A stretch of DNA of 64,000 bases from a virus (taxonomy: Duplodnaviria; Caudoviricetes), in IMG/VR virus record IMGVR_UViG_3300038530_002083, positions 1 to 64,000 of that record; one strand, 5' to 3'. The notes beneath the pieces are model-generated. The model searched no databases, was not told where the DNA came from, and saw only the letters and a list, made by a program, of their open reading frames with translations. The position numbers were made by a program, and so were the translations under genes. Positions 37,244 to 46,787 of this stretch are shown piece after piece. How positions within the stretch are numbered: position 1 is the stretch's first letter; every line of letters starts with the position of its first letter.

Positions 37244-39201
37244 TAGAAAGCCCCTGATAGTATATAAGTGCTGTTAGATTTAGTAGTAACTTCATTGATC
37301 TTAGCTTCAAGACCTTCTTCCATTTTAACTTCTACTTTAAGAGGGTTAGGTATCTGATTACGATCAAAACTCTTAGCCCAACTGTCGTTACTGTTAGAGG
37401 AATCGAACATCTTTCTTGCTGTCATAAATGCTTCAGTAGGACTACTAAGAGAGCTTAATAATTCACCACCTGTAATACTTGCTTTATTGAAGTCTATGTC
37501 TTTACCCATAGCGACTTCTAACATACCAACTTTACCGCTAGTAAACAGGGCAGCTATTTCATCAAACACACCTAGGATAGCTACAGCAGCAGCATAAACA
37601 GGGCGAAGAACTAATAATAAGAAAGACAACTGTGTGCCAATATTCTTAATACTATCCTCTCCGAAAGCCTCTGTCATACTATCATGTAAATTCCCAAAGG
37701 TTTCAGCTAAGGTGGTGATTATAGGAATTACTACTTTAACTATACCTTCAATTAGATTGAAGACAGTTTTAAAGACCTTACCTAACCCTTCAAGTGCTTC
37801 TTGATTTTCCCTAGCGAACGTAGTTAAGGTTTGGAATAAGTCTTTAAGTCCTTCAGAGAACCCACCGTCGAATATAGTCTTCTGTGCTTTCTCCATTTCG
37901 TTAAAGAACTGACCTTGTGCTACCCTTAGTGTATCTAGTTTAGTTTCTAGTCCCACAGCAGCTACAGCTTTCATTTCTTTAGCTACTTTAGGTAGAACAT
38001 CAGCAGCAAGAAGTTCACCGTTTTCCATCATTTTAAACAGTTCAGCTTCACTCTTACCTATTGATCTAGCAAAGATTTGTATAGCTCCGGGCAATGATTC
38101 GGCTAACTGTAATCTAAGTTCCTCTGAACTTATTTTTCCTTTGTTCATCATCTGCGTAATAGCATTCATAGAAAGCTTCATACGCTCTTTAGAGACACCT
38201 AATGTAGTCCCTAATTCAGATAGACCTTCAAATAGTTCTCTAGTCTCTGATTGGTCTAGTTTTCCTTTAGATGCGAATAAGAACTTAGTGTATGCATCAG
38301 AAGTATCTAGAAGAGATAACCCTAAACGAGAGGTCATCTTGTCCAAGAATTCTATTTCTTGTGATGCTTCTTGTGATGTCCCAGTAGCTGCCAACATTGC
38401 AGACTGCATAGCTTCAAACTTCTGACCTACCGTATTGATAGATTGTGCTGTAGCGAGGACAGCAAACAGTGAAGCATAAGAACGTATCATGTGTCGAGTA
38501 GAGTCATTCAAACCTTGCATGGCTAGATTAGCTTTTCTAGTTTGCATTGTTGCTTGACGTTGCTTATAAGCATATTCAGATATAGTCTGATTTAATCTAG
38601 CAAACTCTGCCCTATTCCCTTTAGCTAACTCCGCTTGTTTTTTAAGTTGACGTACATCATCTTCACTTAACCCTGCTTTACGCGCTCTCAGTTCAATCTG
38701 ACGGACTCTAACATTATTATAGATGTCTTGGTCTCGTGCTGCCTCTTTTCGTCTCTGAGAGGCTTGGAAGGCGCTTTTAGGAGGCATATTGTTAAACTGT
38801 TTCTGTTTAACTACCTCTGCGGTTATTTGCTTCTCTGCATTAAGTTCTTTCTTCTTAGCAGCAGCACGTTTCTTGTCATTGGCTGTCTTAGCTTCAAAGT
38901 GAGCTTTATCTAACTCAATACGAGTCTTTTCAAGAGTAGCTATCTTTTTAGTAGCAGCTATAGACCTTTTATACTTACCAACGTCAACCCCTTCTTTTTC
39001 AGCTTTAGTTAAGAGCTTCTGTATCTGAAGTTGTTTTCTCTTAAAAGCTAACTCTTTAGCTTGGGCATCACGTTGTTGTTTATTGTGTACTTTAGCTGCT
39101 TTCTGTGATTGTTGTTGTAGCCTTAGTAGACTTTTTAATTTGTTTAAATCGTCTGCACTAAAACCTAAGTCAATTACAAACTTTTCTACATTATTTGCCA
39201 T
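37243..39201 (-). CDS. tape measure protein
   Basis: QMMNKGKISSEELRLQLAE motif, helical. Confidence 0.9.
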   Translation of the reverse strand: MANNVEKFVIDLGFSADDLNKLKSLLRLQQQSQKAAKVHNKQQRDAQAKELAFKRKQLQIQKLLTKAEKEGVDVGKYKRSIAATKKIATLEKTRIELDKAHFEAKTANDKKRAAAKKKELNAEKQITAEVVKQKQFNNMPPKSAFQASQRRKEAARDQDIYNNVRVRQIELRARKAGLSEDDVRQLKKQAELAKGNRAEFARLNQTISEYAYKQRQATMQTRKANLAMQGLNDSTRHMIRSYASLFAVLATAQSINTVGQKFEAMQSAMLAATGTSQEASQEIEFLDKMTSRLGLSLLDTSDAYTKFLFASKGKLDQSETRELFEGLSELGTTLGVSKERMKLSMNAITQMMNKGKISSEELRLQLAESLPGAIQIFARSIGKSEAELFKMMENGELLAADVLPKVAKEMKAVAAVGLETKLDTLRVAQGQFFNEMEKAQKTIFDGGFSEGLKDLFQTLTTFARENQEALEGLGKVFKTVFNLIEGIVKVVIPIITTLAETFGNLHDSMTEAFGEDSIKNIGTQLSFLLLVLRPVYAAAVAILGVFDEIAALFTSGKVGMLEVAMGKDIDFNKASITGGELLSSLSSPTEAFMTARKMFDSSNSNDSWAKSFDRNQIPNPLKVEVKMEEGLEAKINEVTTKSNSTYILSGAF

Positions 39202-39211
39202 ACTTAATTAC

Positions 39212-39490
39212 CTACTTTTTCATATTTAATTCATGGTCTTTATGTGCAGCAAATTCCATATCTTCATACACTGTTATCCCTTCTAAGTGGTCAAAGAATT
39301 GATCCATTGTATAATATTGCAGAGTATCTAAATTCTCTTTATTGTATTTGCTCTGGTATACTCTATATAGTAATTGACGTTCTTGGTTAAAATGTTTATA
39401 GTGTTCTATTCTTTTGAGGACATTTCTTCGGTATGCCCCTGCTGAATCATTGCTACTACTTTCAGAAAACGCTGTTTCATACCGTTTCCC
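39212..39490 (-). CDS. tail assembly chaperone -1 frameshift extension (GT)
   Basis: -1 frame open from the slippery sites to TAG 39214-39212, 10 nt before TMP start. Confidence 0.8.
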   Translation of the reverse strand, partial: GKRYETAFSESSSNDSAGAYRRNVLKRIEHYKHFNQERQLLYRVYQSKYNKENLDTLQYYTMDQFFDHLEGITVYEDMEFAAHKDHELNMKK

Positions 39491-39873
39491 GTAAAAAAAC
39501 TCTCAAAGTTCTCCCGTAGTGCAAACTCTAACACTTCCATCATTTCACCGTAATTAGCAGAGAAATATTCATCAAGGTCAATAGACTGTCCTTCTACTTC
39601 CATACCATCTAACAGAGTGAACACTAGATTAGACGCATCTGCTTTTTCTAGTTGTTGGCATACTACCAATGATAACTCTGAGAAAGTTTTAGGCGCACCG
39701 TGAATAATCTCATCATGCTTAAGACCATCTAATGTACCACCTACTACAGGGGCAATCACATTAAGTAATCTTCGTGCTACAGGGATACCTTGGGTGATTG
39801 CAGGAAGCAATCTAATTGATATTTGCTTATTATTCGATAACTTTGTTTCACTATATTTAGTTTTACCTAACAT
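39406..39873 (-). CDS. tail assembly chaperone (G)
   Basis: Between tube and TMP; slippery sites near 3' end. Confidence 0.8.
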   Translation of the reverse strand: MLGKTKYSETKLSNNKQISIRLLPAITQGIPVARRLLNVIAPVVGGTLDGLKHDEIIHGAPKTFSELSLVVCQQLEKADASNLVFTLLDGMEVEGQSIDLDEYFSANYGEMMEVLEFALRENFESFFTGNGMKQRFLKVVAMIQQGHTEEMSSKE

Positions 39874-39896
39874 ACCATTCTCCTTTATTTTTGAAT

Positions 39897-39931
39897 AAAA
39901 AAGGGCAAACAGAAATAAATCTATTTGCCCT
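39897..39931 (-). terminator. intrinsic terminator after tail tube
   Basis: AGGGCAAATAGA/TCTGTTTGCCCT plus T run on minus strand. Confidence 0.8.
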
Positions 39932-39951
39932 CAAGTTAATAATTAAAATTA

Positions 39952-40476
39952 TTAGTTAGTAATTGTTTTGAGATTTTCTGAGATTGTTTGGATAGCTGCC
40001 ACTGCTTCGTTAATATTCGATACAGCTTCTTGCTTATTCAAACCAGAAGGAAGAGTTAGATAACTCATATCCTCTACAAAGAAAGACCAAACCTTAGCAT
40101 TCTGTCCATCTCCTAGTGTAATATCCGCAGGAGTTTGAACATGACATCGTTTAGCTAGGGCGTATACACCACCACTAGGGTCTTCGATAGTCATACTAGC
40201 TCGATATAAATCACCATTAACATCTTCAGTATTCACAATAGCTGAAAAGATTTGGTTAGAAGGTGAGTTCTGTAGTAGAGTAATCTCTAGTGTACCTGTA
40301 CGGTTAGCGGTTCGGGTGATACCTACATCACCTTTAGCGCCTACCACAGTCTCTGTACGAGGCACGTTACGTGTTAATGTGATAAATGTTCCGTCTGCAA
40401 AACCTTTAATAGGAACTTTACCACCCCAGTTCACGTTAACCTTATCTGGGCTATATTCTCTGATATATTCTGACAT
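39952..40476 (-). CDS. tail tube protein (DUF3277-like)
   Basis: YSPDKV, GFADGTFI, VGAKG, ITLLQNSPSN. Confidence 0.85.
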   Translation of the reverse strand: MSEYIREYSPDKVNVNWGGKVPIKGFADGTFITLTRNVPRTETVVGAKGDVGITRTANRTGTLEITLLQNSPSNQIFSAIVNTEDVNGDLYRASMTIEDPSGGVYALAKRCHVQTPADITLGDGQNAKVWSFFVEDMSYLTLPSGLNKQEAVSNINEAVAAIQTISENLKTITN

Positions 40477-40482
40477 CTTTTA

Positions 40483-41844
40483 TTATCCTAAGTTAAGAGT
40501 TAGTGAACCAGTTAGATCTACAAACAAGATACCTTGTGCTAGTTCAGCACTAAACGAAGCACCGTTGTATAGACCTTGTTGCTTGGCAGATAATGGCATA
40601 TCACTTGCTTTAACAAAGTCTAGCTCATAATCGGCTCGTATAAAGTTACGAAGTACATAGATATCTAAGACATTACGTACTGAAGCTTTAATCAGGGCAA
40701 TACCTTCATCTGTATAAGGGATCTTAGTTCCTTTCTGAGAAAGAAGTAGTGTCAACATTTCCGCGTCTAGATCTACTTGCATATTATCACGACCACGTAC
40801 ATTTGAAATCCATTCACCAGAAGGTGTTAGGTTGTTACGTAGTGTAGTACCGTCTGTGGTAATACCTGTAGATACTGCACGTTCTCCGTAAGAAGTATTA
40901 CGGTCTTCTAGATAACCTTTCTCTGTTGCAGTAAGCGCTCGACCTGTGTTAGGGTTCTGAGAGATAGATACTGGTAGATTAACGTTAGCCCAAGCTACAG
41001 AACCTGCATCATGAGGTGCATTAACTGCTACATGAATACATTCTGGGAATACGGTATCTGCATTGTGGTGGAAGTATACTTTAGTACGGTCTCTTCCAGC
41101 ATCTTTAATCTTACCTGCTACATCTGTTGCACTACCCGCTGTATAAGGAGTAAGAGCAGCAGCATTTTGTGTAGAAGTGAAATACATCTTCAATCGTGCT
41201 TCAATATCAGCAGATGCTTCTAGTTGGAAAGTCTCTGTATGGTCATCTGCCAAGAAGAAGTAGTAGTCATCATCTTCATCAGATAGAGCAGAAATAAGGT
41301 CACTTGCTGATTCTGTGGTATTATAAACTTCAGATAATTCATCTGAAAGGTCAGACACCCAGAATTCACTAGAAGCAGAAGCTACATCAATAGATACAGT
41401 ATCTGTAGAAGCCGATGCAACTACAAGACCACCAATATCAGCATCACCTTCAATAGCAGCAGCAATAGCAGTAGCTACCGCACCTTCATCAGCTTCTCCT
41501 GTAATATTAATAGGTAGTGTGTAAGTAACTCCTGCATTAGAAGCGTTAAATACTAAAGATGCTTTAGTTGCTCCTGTTGCTACAGTTAAGTCTAAGTCTG
41601 CTTCTCTACGTCCCACTTTAACTACAGCAGGGGCAGGATTTAAGGAGAAGAAACCTTGTACAGCTTTATAAGCATTTGAGCTAGTTGGTAGGTCTTCTGA
41701 AGCTGATTGGAGAGAGGTGTAAGCACGTACACGTTCTGGGAAGTATCGATGAGCAGAGGCGAATAGCGGAGTACCAAAGCCTTGTCTAGTAACATTCGTA
41801 GTAGCTAACGAGATGTTAATGTTAGTTAAATTTCTATAAGTCAT
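40483..41844 (-). CDS. tail sheath protein (DUF3383-like)
   Basis: GFGTPL, KIPYTDEG; synteny. Confidence 0.85.
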   Translation of the reverse strand: MTYRNLTNINISLATTNVTRQGFGTPLFASAHRYFPERVRAYTSLQSASEDLPTSSNAYKAVQGFFSLNPAPAVVKVGRREADLDLTVATGATKASLVFNASNAGVTYTLPINITGEADEGAVATAIAAAIEGDADIGGLVVASASTDTVSIDVASASSEFWVSDLSDELSEVYNTTESASDLISALSDEDDDYYFFLADDHTETFQLEASADIEARLKMYFTSTQNAAALTPYTAGSATDVAGKIKDAGRDRTKVYFHHNADTVFPECIHVAVNAPHDAGSVAWANVNLPVSISQNPNTGRALTATEKGYLEDRNTSYGERAVSTGITTDGTTLRNNLTPSGEWISNVRGRDNMQVDLDAEMLTLLLSQKGTKIPYTDEGIALIKASVRNVLDIYVLRNFIRADYELDFVKASDMPLSAKQQGLYNGASFSAELAQGILFVDLTGSLTLNLG

Positions 41845-41852
41845 TATTGTTC

Positions 41853-42446
41853 CTAATCACTATGTTCAAACGTTGTTGTTAATGTTAAAGGTTCTTCTTG
41901 TTGTTCATAATCCGTATAGAGCTTACCTTCAACTTCGCCAGAAGTGATAGTATAAAACTCAGAATCAGTTATGGTGGATATTACCCAGAAGTCTATAGTG
42001 ATAAATGCGAACTCTTGATAATCAGTAGTTAGCAGTTCGTCAGTATAGGATGGTTCAGATACGCCAGTTAATCCCGCATTAGGCATATACCTTTCGAGTA
42101 ATTCTATACCCTTAGCTGTCCTTAATCTCGCCCCTAGCTCATCTGCGGTATCGAGAACGTTATCTCCGTATTTACCGTAGAATGCTGCTCTTAGTCGTAT
42201 CCTGCGATTAAAGTAGCTATTATATGTGTTAGTATCCTCACAGAACGAACTGTAAAGCTCTTTAGAGCCATAATTACCTCTACCTATATATGAGGTAGTG
42301 CTGTATGGATAAAACGGCTTAGGGGGCTTCTGACGCTCAATATAGACACTAGGTATAGGGTTAGTTCCTTTAGCTACTGCTAATTTATCTCCCACTAAAT
42401 CAGATATTAATTTAGACAGACCTTGTAGGTATTCTTGTAGTGTCAT
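41853..42446 (-). CDS. tail completion/terminator protein
   Basis: Synteny, PKPFYPY. Confidence 0.65.
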   Translation of the reverse strand: MTLQEYLQGLSKLISDLVGDKLAVAKGTNPIPSVYIERQKPPKPFYPYSTTSYIGRGNYGSKELYSSFCEDTNTYNSYFNRRIRLRAAFYGKYGDNVLDTADELGARLRTAKGIELLERYMPNAGLTGVSEPSYTDELLTTDYQEFAFITIDFWVISTITDSEFYTITSGEVEGKLYTDYEQQEEPLTLTTTFEHSD

Positions 42447-42811
42447 ACTTGGTCTTTCCTTTTCATTATATATTTATAGTGGTCTGTAGCTAAACCGTAA
42501 CCGTTCCAATCCTCTTCTTTGAAAATCTCATACCTAACATTCTTGTAAGAGATTTCATCACCTTCTTCTGTGCCATAGTGGTCTGCTATGTTAAGAGACG
42601 TTCGTGTTCTCAGCACCAACATATCATCAGTACGTACACCATCAGGGAGTATGATCTTTTGTTTAGCAGAGTTTAAAGGTTGAATATTACAATGTAAGTC
42701 TACAGGGTCTTGGAAGTCAGCTTGAACCCATTCATGGTTATTATTGAGATACCCTTCTTCTAGTGAGCGTCTAAATAAAGGGACTGTATGTGTACTTAGT
42801 AAATCAAACAT
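42443..42811 (-). CDS. head closure protein
   Basis: NIQP...LPDG, GDEI; synteny. Confidence 0.65.
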   Translation of the reverse strand: MFDLLSTHTVPLFRRSLEEGYLNNNHEWVQADFQDPVDLHCNIQPLNSAKQKIILPDGVRTDDMLVLRTRTSLNIADHYGTEEGDEISYKNVRYEIFKEEDWNGYGLATDHYKYIMKRKDQV

Positions 42812-43304
42812 AATTGCTATCCACTATATAATCGCTAATAGAAGTCTTATATGCCCAAGCATCACGTAAGTAACCTTCATCCACTAAAGGTGCATTAAAA
42901 CCTTTCTCTGCTATAGTATAAGGAGAGTTAGTAGGCATATCAGGATAACTAACTTTACCGAAGAAAGACTTACCCATAGAAGACATTATCTCTCCTACTT
43001 TATTAAGAGCGTAACTGTCACTGTAATCTCCTAACAAATGCTTACGTACTTCTATACCTGCCTTCTCTACGAAAGACCTGTCTTTCATTTTATTAAGAAG
43101 TATGTTACGTACAGTACGAGGGGGAAAATCTCCATCCCCTTCTTCATGCATTCTTGCTAAGTCTACATAGGTCATGTTAGCGTTAGGGTGTTCACCTTGT
43201 TCGATAAATACCCCTGTTTCAACCTTCTCTTTTGCTAACCTTTCCATCTTTTCAACTAGCTTTTCTAGGTTTCGGGTCTCTCTTGTAATACTGATGCTAA
43301 ACAT
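42804..43304 (-). CDS. neck/tail completion protein
   Basis: HEEG..PPR, NSPYTIAEKG..PLVDEG. Confidence 0.7.
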   Translation of the reverse strand: MFSISITRETRNLEKLVEKMERLAKEKVETGVFIEQGEHPNANMTYVDLARMHEEGDGDFPPRTVRNILLNKMKDRSFVEKAGIEVRKHLLGDYSDSYALNKVGEIMSSMGKSFFGKVSYPDMPTNSPYTIAEKGFNAPLVDEGYLRDAWAYKTSISDYIVDSNYV

Positions 43305-43731
43305 TCCATAGTTTCCTCTCTTCTACTAATTTACGTTGGTATTGTAAATCATTCCATTGGTCTTGGAAGATAGGAAGAAATGTATCAACATCATTCGCTA
43401 CAGCATTCTTCTCTGACAATCTAGTACCCCCGATTATGATAGGTACTTGTTTAACGGAAGCTGTCTCGTTTTTAAATTCTGTTAATCGTGCTTTGAATCT
43501 TTCATAAAGCTTGGTATACTTGTATTCTACTTCATCTGTCTTGCTCTCGTCTGCTTGTACGGAAAAATGACTTAGCATAGTCTCCATAATCAAAACAGAG
43601 GCTTTATTAATATCACCGTCATACTTGACTAATGCAGATGTTATAGTATTATCACTTACGAAACGTGTGTTAGGATCACCAATGTTGCTACGAACAACGC
43701 TAGTCGGATCTGAGTAATTAATATCTATCAT
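43297..43731 (-). CDS. head-tail adaptor
   Basis: VRSNIGD; directly after MCP. Confidence 0.7.
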   Translation of the reverse strand: MIDINYSDPTSVVRSNIGDPNTRFVSDNTITSALVKYDGDINKASVLIMETMLSHFSVQADESKTDEVEYKYTKLYERFKARLTEFKNETASVKQVPIIIGGTRLSEKNAVANDVDTFLPIFQDQWNDLQYQRKLVEERKLWNV

Positions 43732-43752
43732 GGCTTTCCTTAAACAACAATA

Positions 43753-43771
43753 GAAGGGGCAAAGCCCCTTC
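43753..43771 (-). terminator. terminator-like hairpin after major capsid gene
   Basis: GAAGGGGC-ttt-GCCCCTTC then T-rich tail. Confidence 0.65.
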
Positions 43772-43789
43772 CTTTAAATAACGGTACTA

Positions 43790-44875
43790 TTAAGCAACCG
43801 TCATTGTGACTTTCACAATGCTATTCGGGTTATGCAAGTACAAGCCTTGGTTAGATTCCCAGAACAGTTTAACACCAGAGAACTCATCACGGAATTCCCA
43901 AGCATATTGTGATTGTGCGGTAGTGTTAGCATACTGCATAGTTTCAGCAGGAGCATACGCACGAGTGAACAAACCAGAAGCATTGATAGGCATTACATAA
44001 CCTTCATCTTCTGCAATTAGAGGAACACCACCTACACGAGCAGTATACTCTACGTAAAGGATGTCATCAGCACCACGGTACTTACGGTACATAGAGCCAT
44101 TAGTGTAGTTATCAAGACGCTTGATTAGAGGGTCTTGACCTAGGATACCTGAACGATCTACCATCGCTTGTTCTTCTTTAGGGTGCTTAATACGCTGCTT
44201 GAAGAACTCTTTACCACATAGACAGATGAAACCATCTACAGTCTGACCATCTAGAAGATTGTCTGCAATAAAGTTACGAATTTCTTCACCGACTTCACGA
44301 GGGTAAGCGTTAGGATCACCAAAGTTGAAATCAAATGTAGGACGGTTAGCTGCATCATTAGATGTATACTCGTCGTAGAAATCGTAAGACTGTACAGAAC
44401 CGTTTGGAACGTAAAGTTTACCAGTAGTGATTGTTGATACAATCTGACGTTCTTCGAAAAGTGACCAAGATTTAGCGATATCTGCTAGGTCTTTAGCTAC
44501 GATACGATCAATAGTCTCCATCTCATCTTTAGTACCTTCTACGCGTCTACGTAGGATATCTGAAGGTTTGATGTGAGTTTGGATACCAAAGCTAGGAACT
44601 TTGAATAGGTGAGTTTTAGTCTCGCCTCGTTGGTCAAATGCATCACCACGTTCACTGTAAGACTTATCGTTGATATCTGCTACGAAGCGTTCAGTTGCAT
44701 CATGCTCAAAGGTGTTAGTTGAAAGGAACTCTGATTGGATAGAGCTACCGATTAGGTCACTCATAAGAGTAGGGATATTAGGCGATTTGCTGATCATCGG
44801 TGTAAGGTCGTGTACCTTGTTGATGTCACCCATATCACGTACTGCTTTAGTGATCTCAAAACCGTTAATTTTCAT
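43790..44875 (-). CDS. major capsid protein (lambda gpE-like family)
   Basis: 361 aa, YAPAET..YANT, ESN..L; after decoration gene. Confidence 0.85.
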   Translation of the reverse strand: MKINGFEITKAVRDMGDINKVHDLTPMISKSPNIPTLMSDLIGSSIQSEFLSTNTFEHDATERFVADINDKSYSERGDAFDQRGETKTHLFKVPSFGIQTHIKPSDILRRRVEGTKDEMETIDRIVAKDLADIAKSWSLFEERQIVSTITTGKLYVPNGSVQSYDFYDEYTSNDAANRPTFDFNFGDPNAYPREVGEEIRNFIADNLLDGQTVDGFICLCGKEFFKQRIKHPKEEQAMVDRSGILGQDPLIKRLDNYTNGSMYRKYRGADDILYVEYTARVGGVPLIAEDEGYVMPINASGLFTRAYAPAETMQYANTTAQSQYAWEFRDEFSGVKLFWESNQGLYLHNPNSIVKVTMTVA

Positions 44876-44902
44876 TATTTATATTCTCCGTTAAAATTAT
44901 TA

Positions 44903-45364
44903 TTATGCTGAAGCGCTGTAGAAAGAAGTTTCTAGTCGTTCAGTGGTAGCTTTAAGTTTAATACCTTGTTTACCAAGTTGAGCCTTAGCTGCATCTGTTT
45001 CTGTAGCATCAAGTGTACCAAAGTCTAGACCTACTTCTTTAACATTAGCTGCACCTTGGTATAGTACAACTACGTTACCAGTGGTCATATTCTTAGTATA
45101 TGTATCACCTAGTGATTCAAAACCAACAACAATACCCAAACCGTAACCTAGAGGGCTAGTACCATCAAGAGTTGCTAGATTAGTAGCTTTCTCCCAGTGG
45201 TCAGTATCCCATACAACTACATCACCTAGTTTAACATCGGTAGCCGCAGCTTCTGTAAGAGTTTGGCGATGAGCAAAGTTAAAATCTAGAACTAAGCCAG
45301 CCATATCATCCATCAACACACCAGAAAGAACTTGTGCATCATTTTTAGTTGCAATAACAGTCAT
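44903..45364 (-). CDS. head decoration protein
   Basis: Size and position between scaffold and MCP. Confidence 0.65.
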   Translation of the reverse strand: MTVIATKNDAQVLSGVLMDDMAGLVLDFNFAHRQTLTEAAATDVKLGDVVVWDTDHWEKATNLATLDGTSPLGYGLGIVVGFESLGDTYTKNMTTGNVVVLYQGAANVKEVGLDFGTLDATETDAAKAQLGKQGIKLKATTERLETSFYSASA

Positions 45365-45394
45365 TATTTATTTTCCTATTAGTTATTGTTAAAA

Positions 45395-46291
45395 TTATTC
45401 TTTAATACCAAGTGCTTCGTTATAAGCCTTTTGGATACTATCAGTACGGGTTTGTTTTTCGTCTTTAACTTCTGGTTCACCTTCAGCAGACTTCTCTACG
45501 AATAGGTCAGACTCTTCTACTTTCTTAGCTGAATCTTTCAGAGTTTGAACCATTAGGTCTGCCGACTCTTGATCCATAGCTAGAAGTGATTTAGTCATTG
45601 CCTCAATCTTATCTTCAGCTACTAAGCCTTCAATACGAGCTTTCATTGCTTGGGCTTCTGCGTCAGCTTGTGCTTTCTTAAGTGTGTCTAGTTCACCAGT
45701 AAGTTCTTGTACTTGGGCTTCTAGAGACTTACGTAGTTCAACTTCAGTAGTAAGCTTAGTTTCATTTGCTTCCAATTCAGCGAAGCGAGATTTTTCAATA
45801 GATACTTTATCCATCATTTCCTCATGTTTTTCTAAATTTTCTTGTAATTCAAGAATAGTTACATACTCTAATGCGGAGACTTGTGGACGTTCTCCTTCGT
45901 GCATCGATTTCATAATCTCAAAACTTGACAGCTTACTAGCAATGTAATCTGCGTGAGTCATTGGTTCTGAGGGTTCTTCTAGAGAATTCAAATAAGCTTC
46001 ATGCTCAGTTTCATACCCTAGCATTGCGGTAAGCAATTCTGCATCGTCATAGTACATATCGAAGAATTTACGTAAGAATTCCTCCATAGATAGTGTGACT
46101 CTAATTTGTTCTAATTTCTTTTGAATGTCTAAGTTCTCTACTTCAGGTAGTTGTACTGTAGCGTTAGACTTCTTGATAAGAGTTGTAAAGCCATTAGCAG
46201 CCCCGCCTTGTTTCTTAGAGACTAGATGAACACTAGCTCCCTCTTCTTCAAAGTTAAAGTCTGTAATAACTCTCTTTGCTTTCTTAGTCAT
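45395..46291 (-). CDS. scaffolding protein
   Basis: Coiled coil with recurring KS/KA motifs; N-terminal VHLV..GAANG. Confidence 0.7.
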   Translation of the reverse strand: MTKKAKRVITDFNFEEEGASVHLVSKKQGGAANGFTTLIKKSNATVQLPEVENLDIQKKLEQIRVTLSMEEFLRKFFDMYYDDAELLTAMLGYETEHEAYLNSLEEPSEPMTHADYIASKLSSFEIMKSMHEGERPQVSALEYVTILELQENLEKHEEMMDKVSIEKSRFAELEANETKLTTEVELRKSLEAQVQELTGELDTLKKAQADAEAQAMKARIEGLVAEDKIEAMTKSLLAMDQESADLMVQTLKDSAKKVEESDLFVEKSAEGEPEVKDEKQTRTDSIQKAYNEALGIKE

Positions 46292-46787
46292 TTACATTGT
46301 ATCCTCTTCCTGCACATTCGACACTGACACCTGTAAATTCTCCTGACAATACATCAGGCCATATAGTGTCATCTTCTTCATTACTAGGTTCAGGAAAATG
46401 CATCCACATTAACCATGTACCTTTCTTGATTGTTACTCCACTTTCAGTTTTGAATGTACTAGGGTTGATAAAAGACTGTTCGATCTCTACTAAATCACTA
46501 TCAACAGTGTATTCGTGGTAAAGACCTGCTTTGTCAGAGTGCTTGTTAAAGTTATTACAAGCTTTCTCTACTGTAATTTCGTCATAGTAGTCCCCATGGA
46601 GGTCAGATACATCGTCTAGGCTATCTTGAGGCTCTAATACAACAAATAGTGCCCTACGCTCCATCTCTTTTACAGACTTAAATAGAGGTTCTTCTGACTC
46701 TACGTGTTGTTCGTGGTTGTCTTTAGAGCCTCCTGAATGGGTATCAAGGAACTCTTTAAATTTCTCTAATAATGTTTTACTATCCAT
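46284..46787 (-). CDS. prohead protease (XkdF-like)
   Basis: VLEP..DLHGD, H, KGTWL, GEFTGVSV. Confidence 0.8.
   Translation of the reverse strand: MDSKTLLEKFKEFLDTHSGGSKDNHEQHVESEEPLFKSVKEMERRALFVVLEPQDSLDDVSDLHGDYYDEITVEKACNNFNKHSDKAGLYHEYTVDSDLVEIEQSFINPSTFKTESGVTIKKGTWLMWMHFPEPSNEEDDTIWPDVLSGEFTGVSVECAGRGYNVND

Noticed and set aside
38754-38785. Partial match to the dispersed intergenic element inside the tape measure gene
   Set aside because: Only one arm, coding context, spacing not conserved
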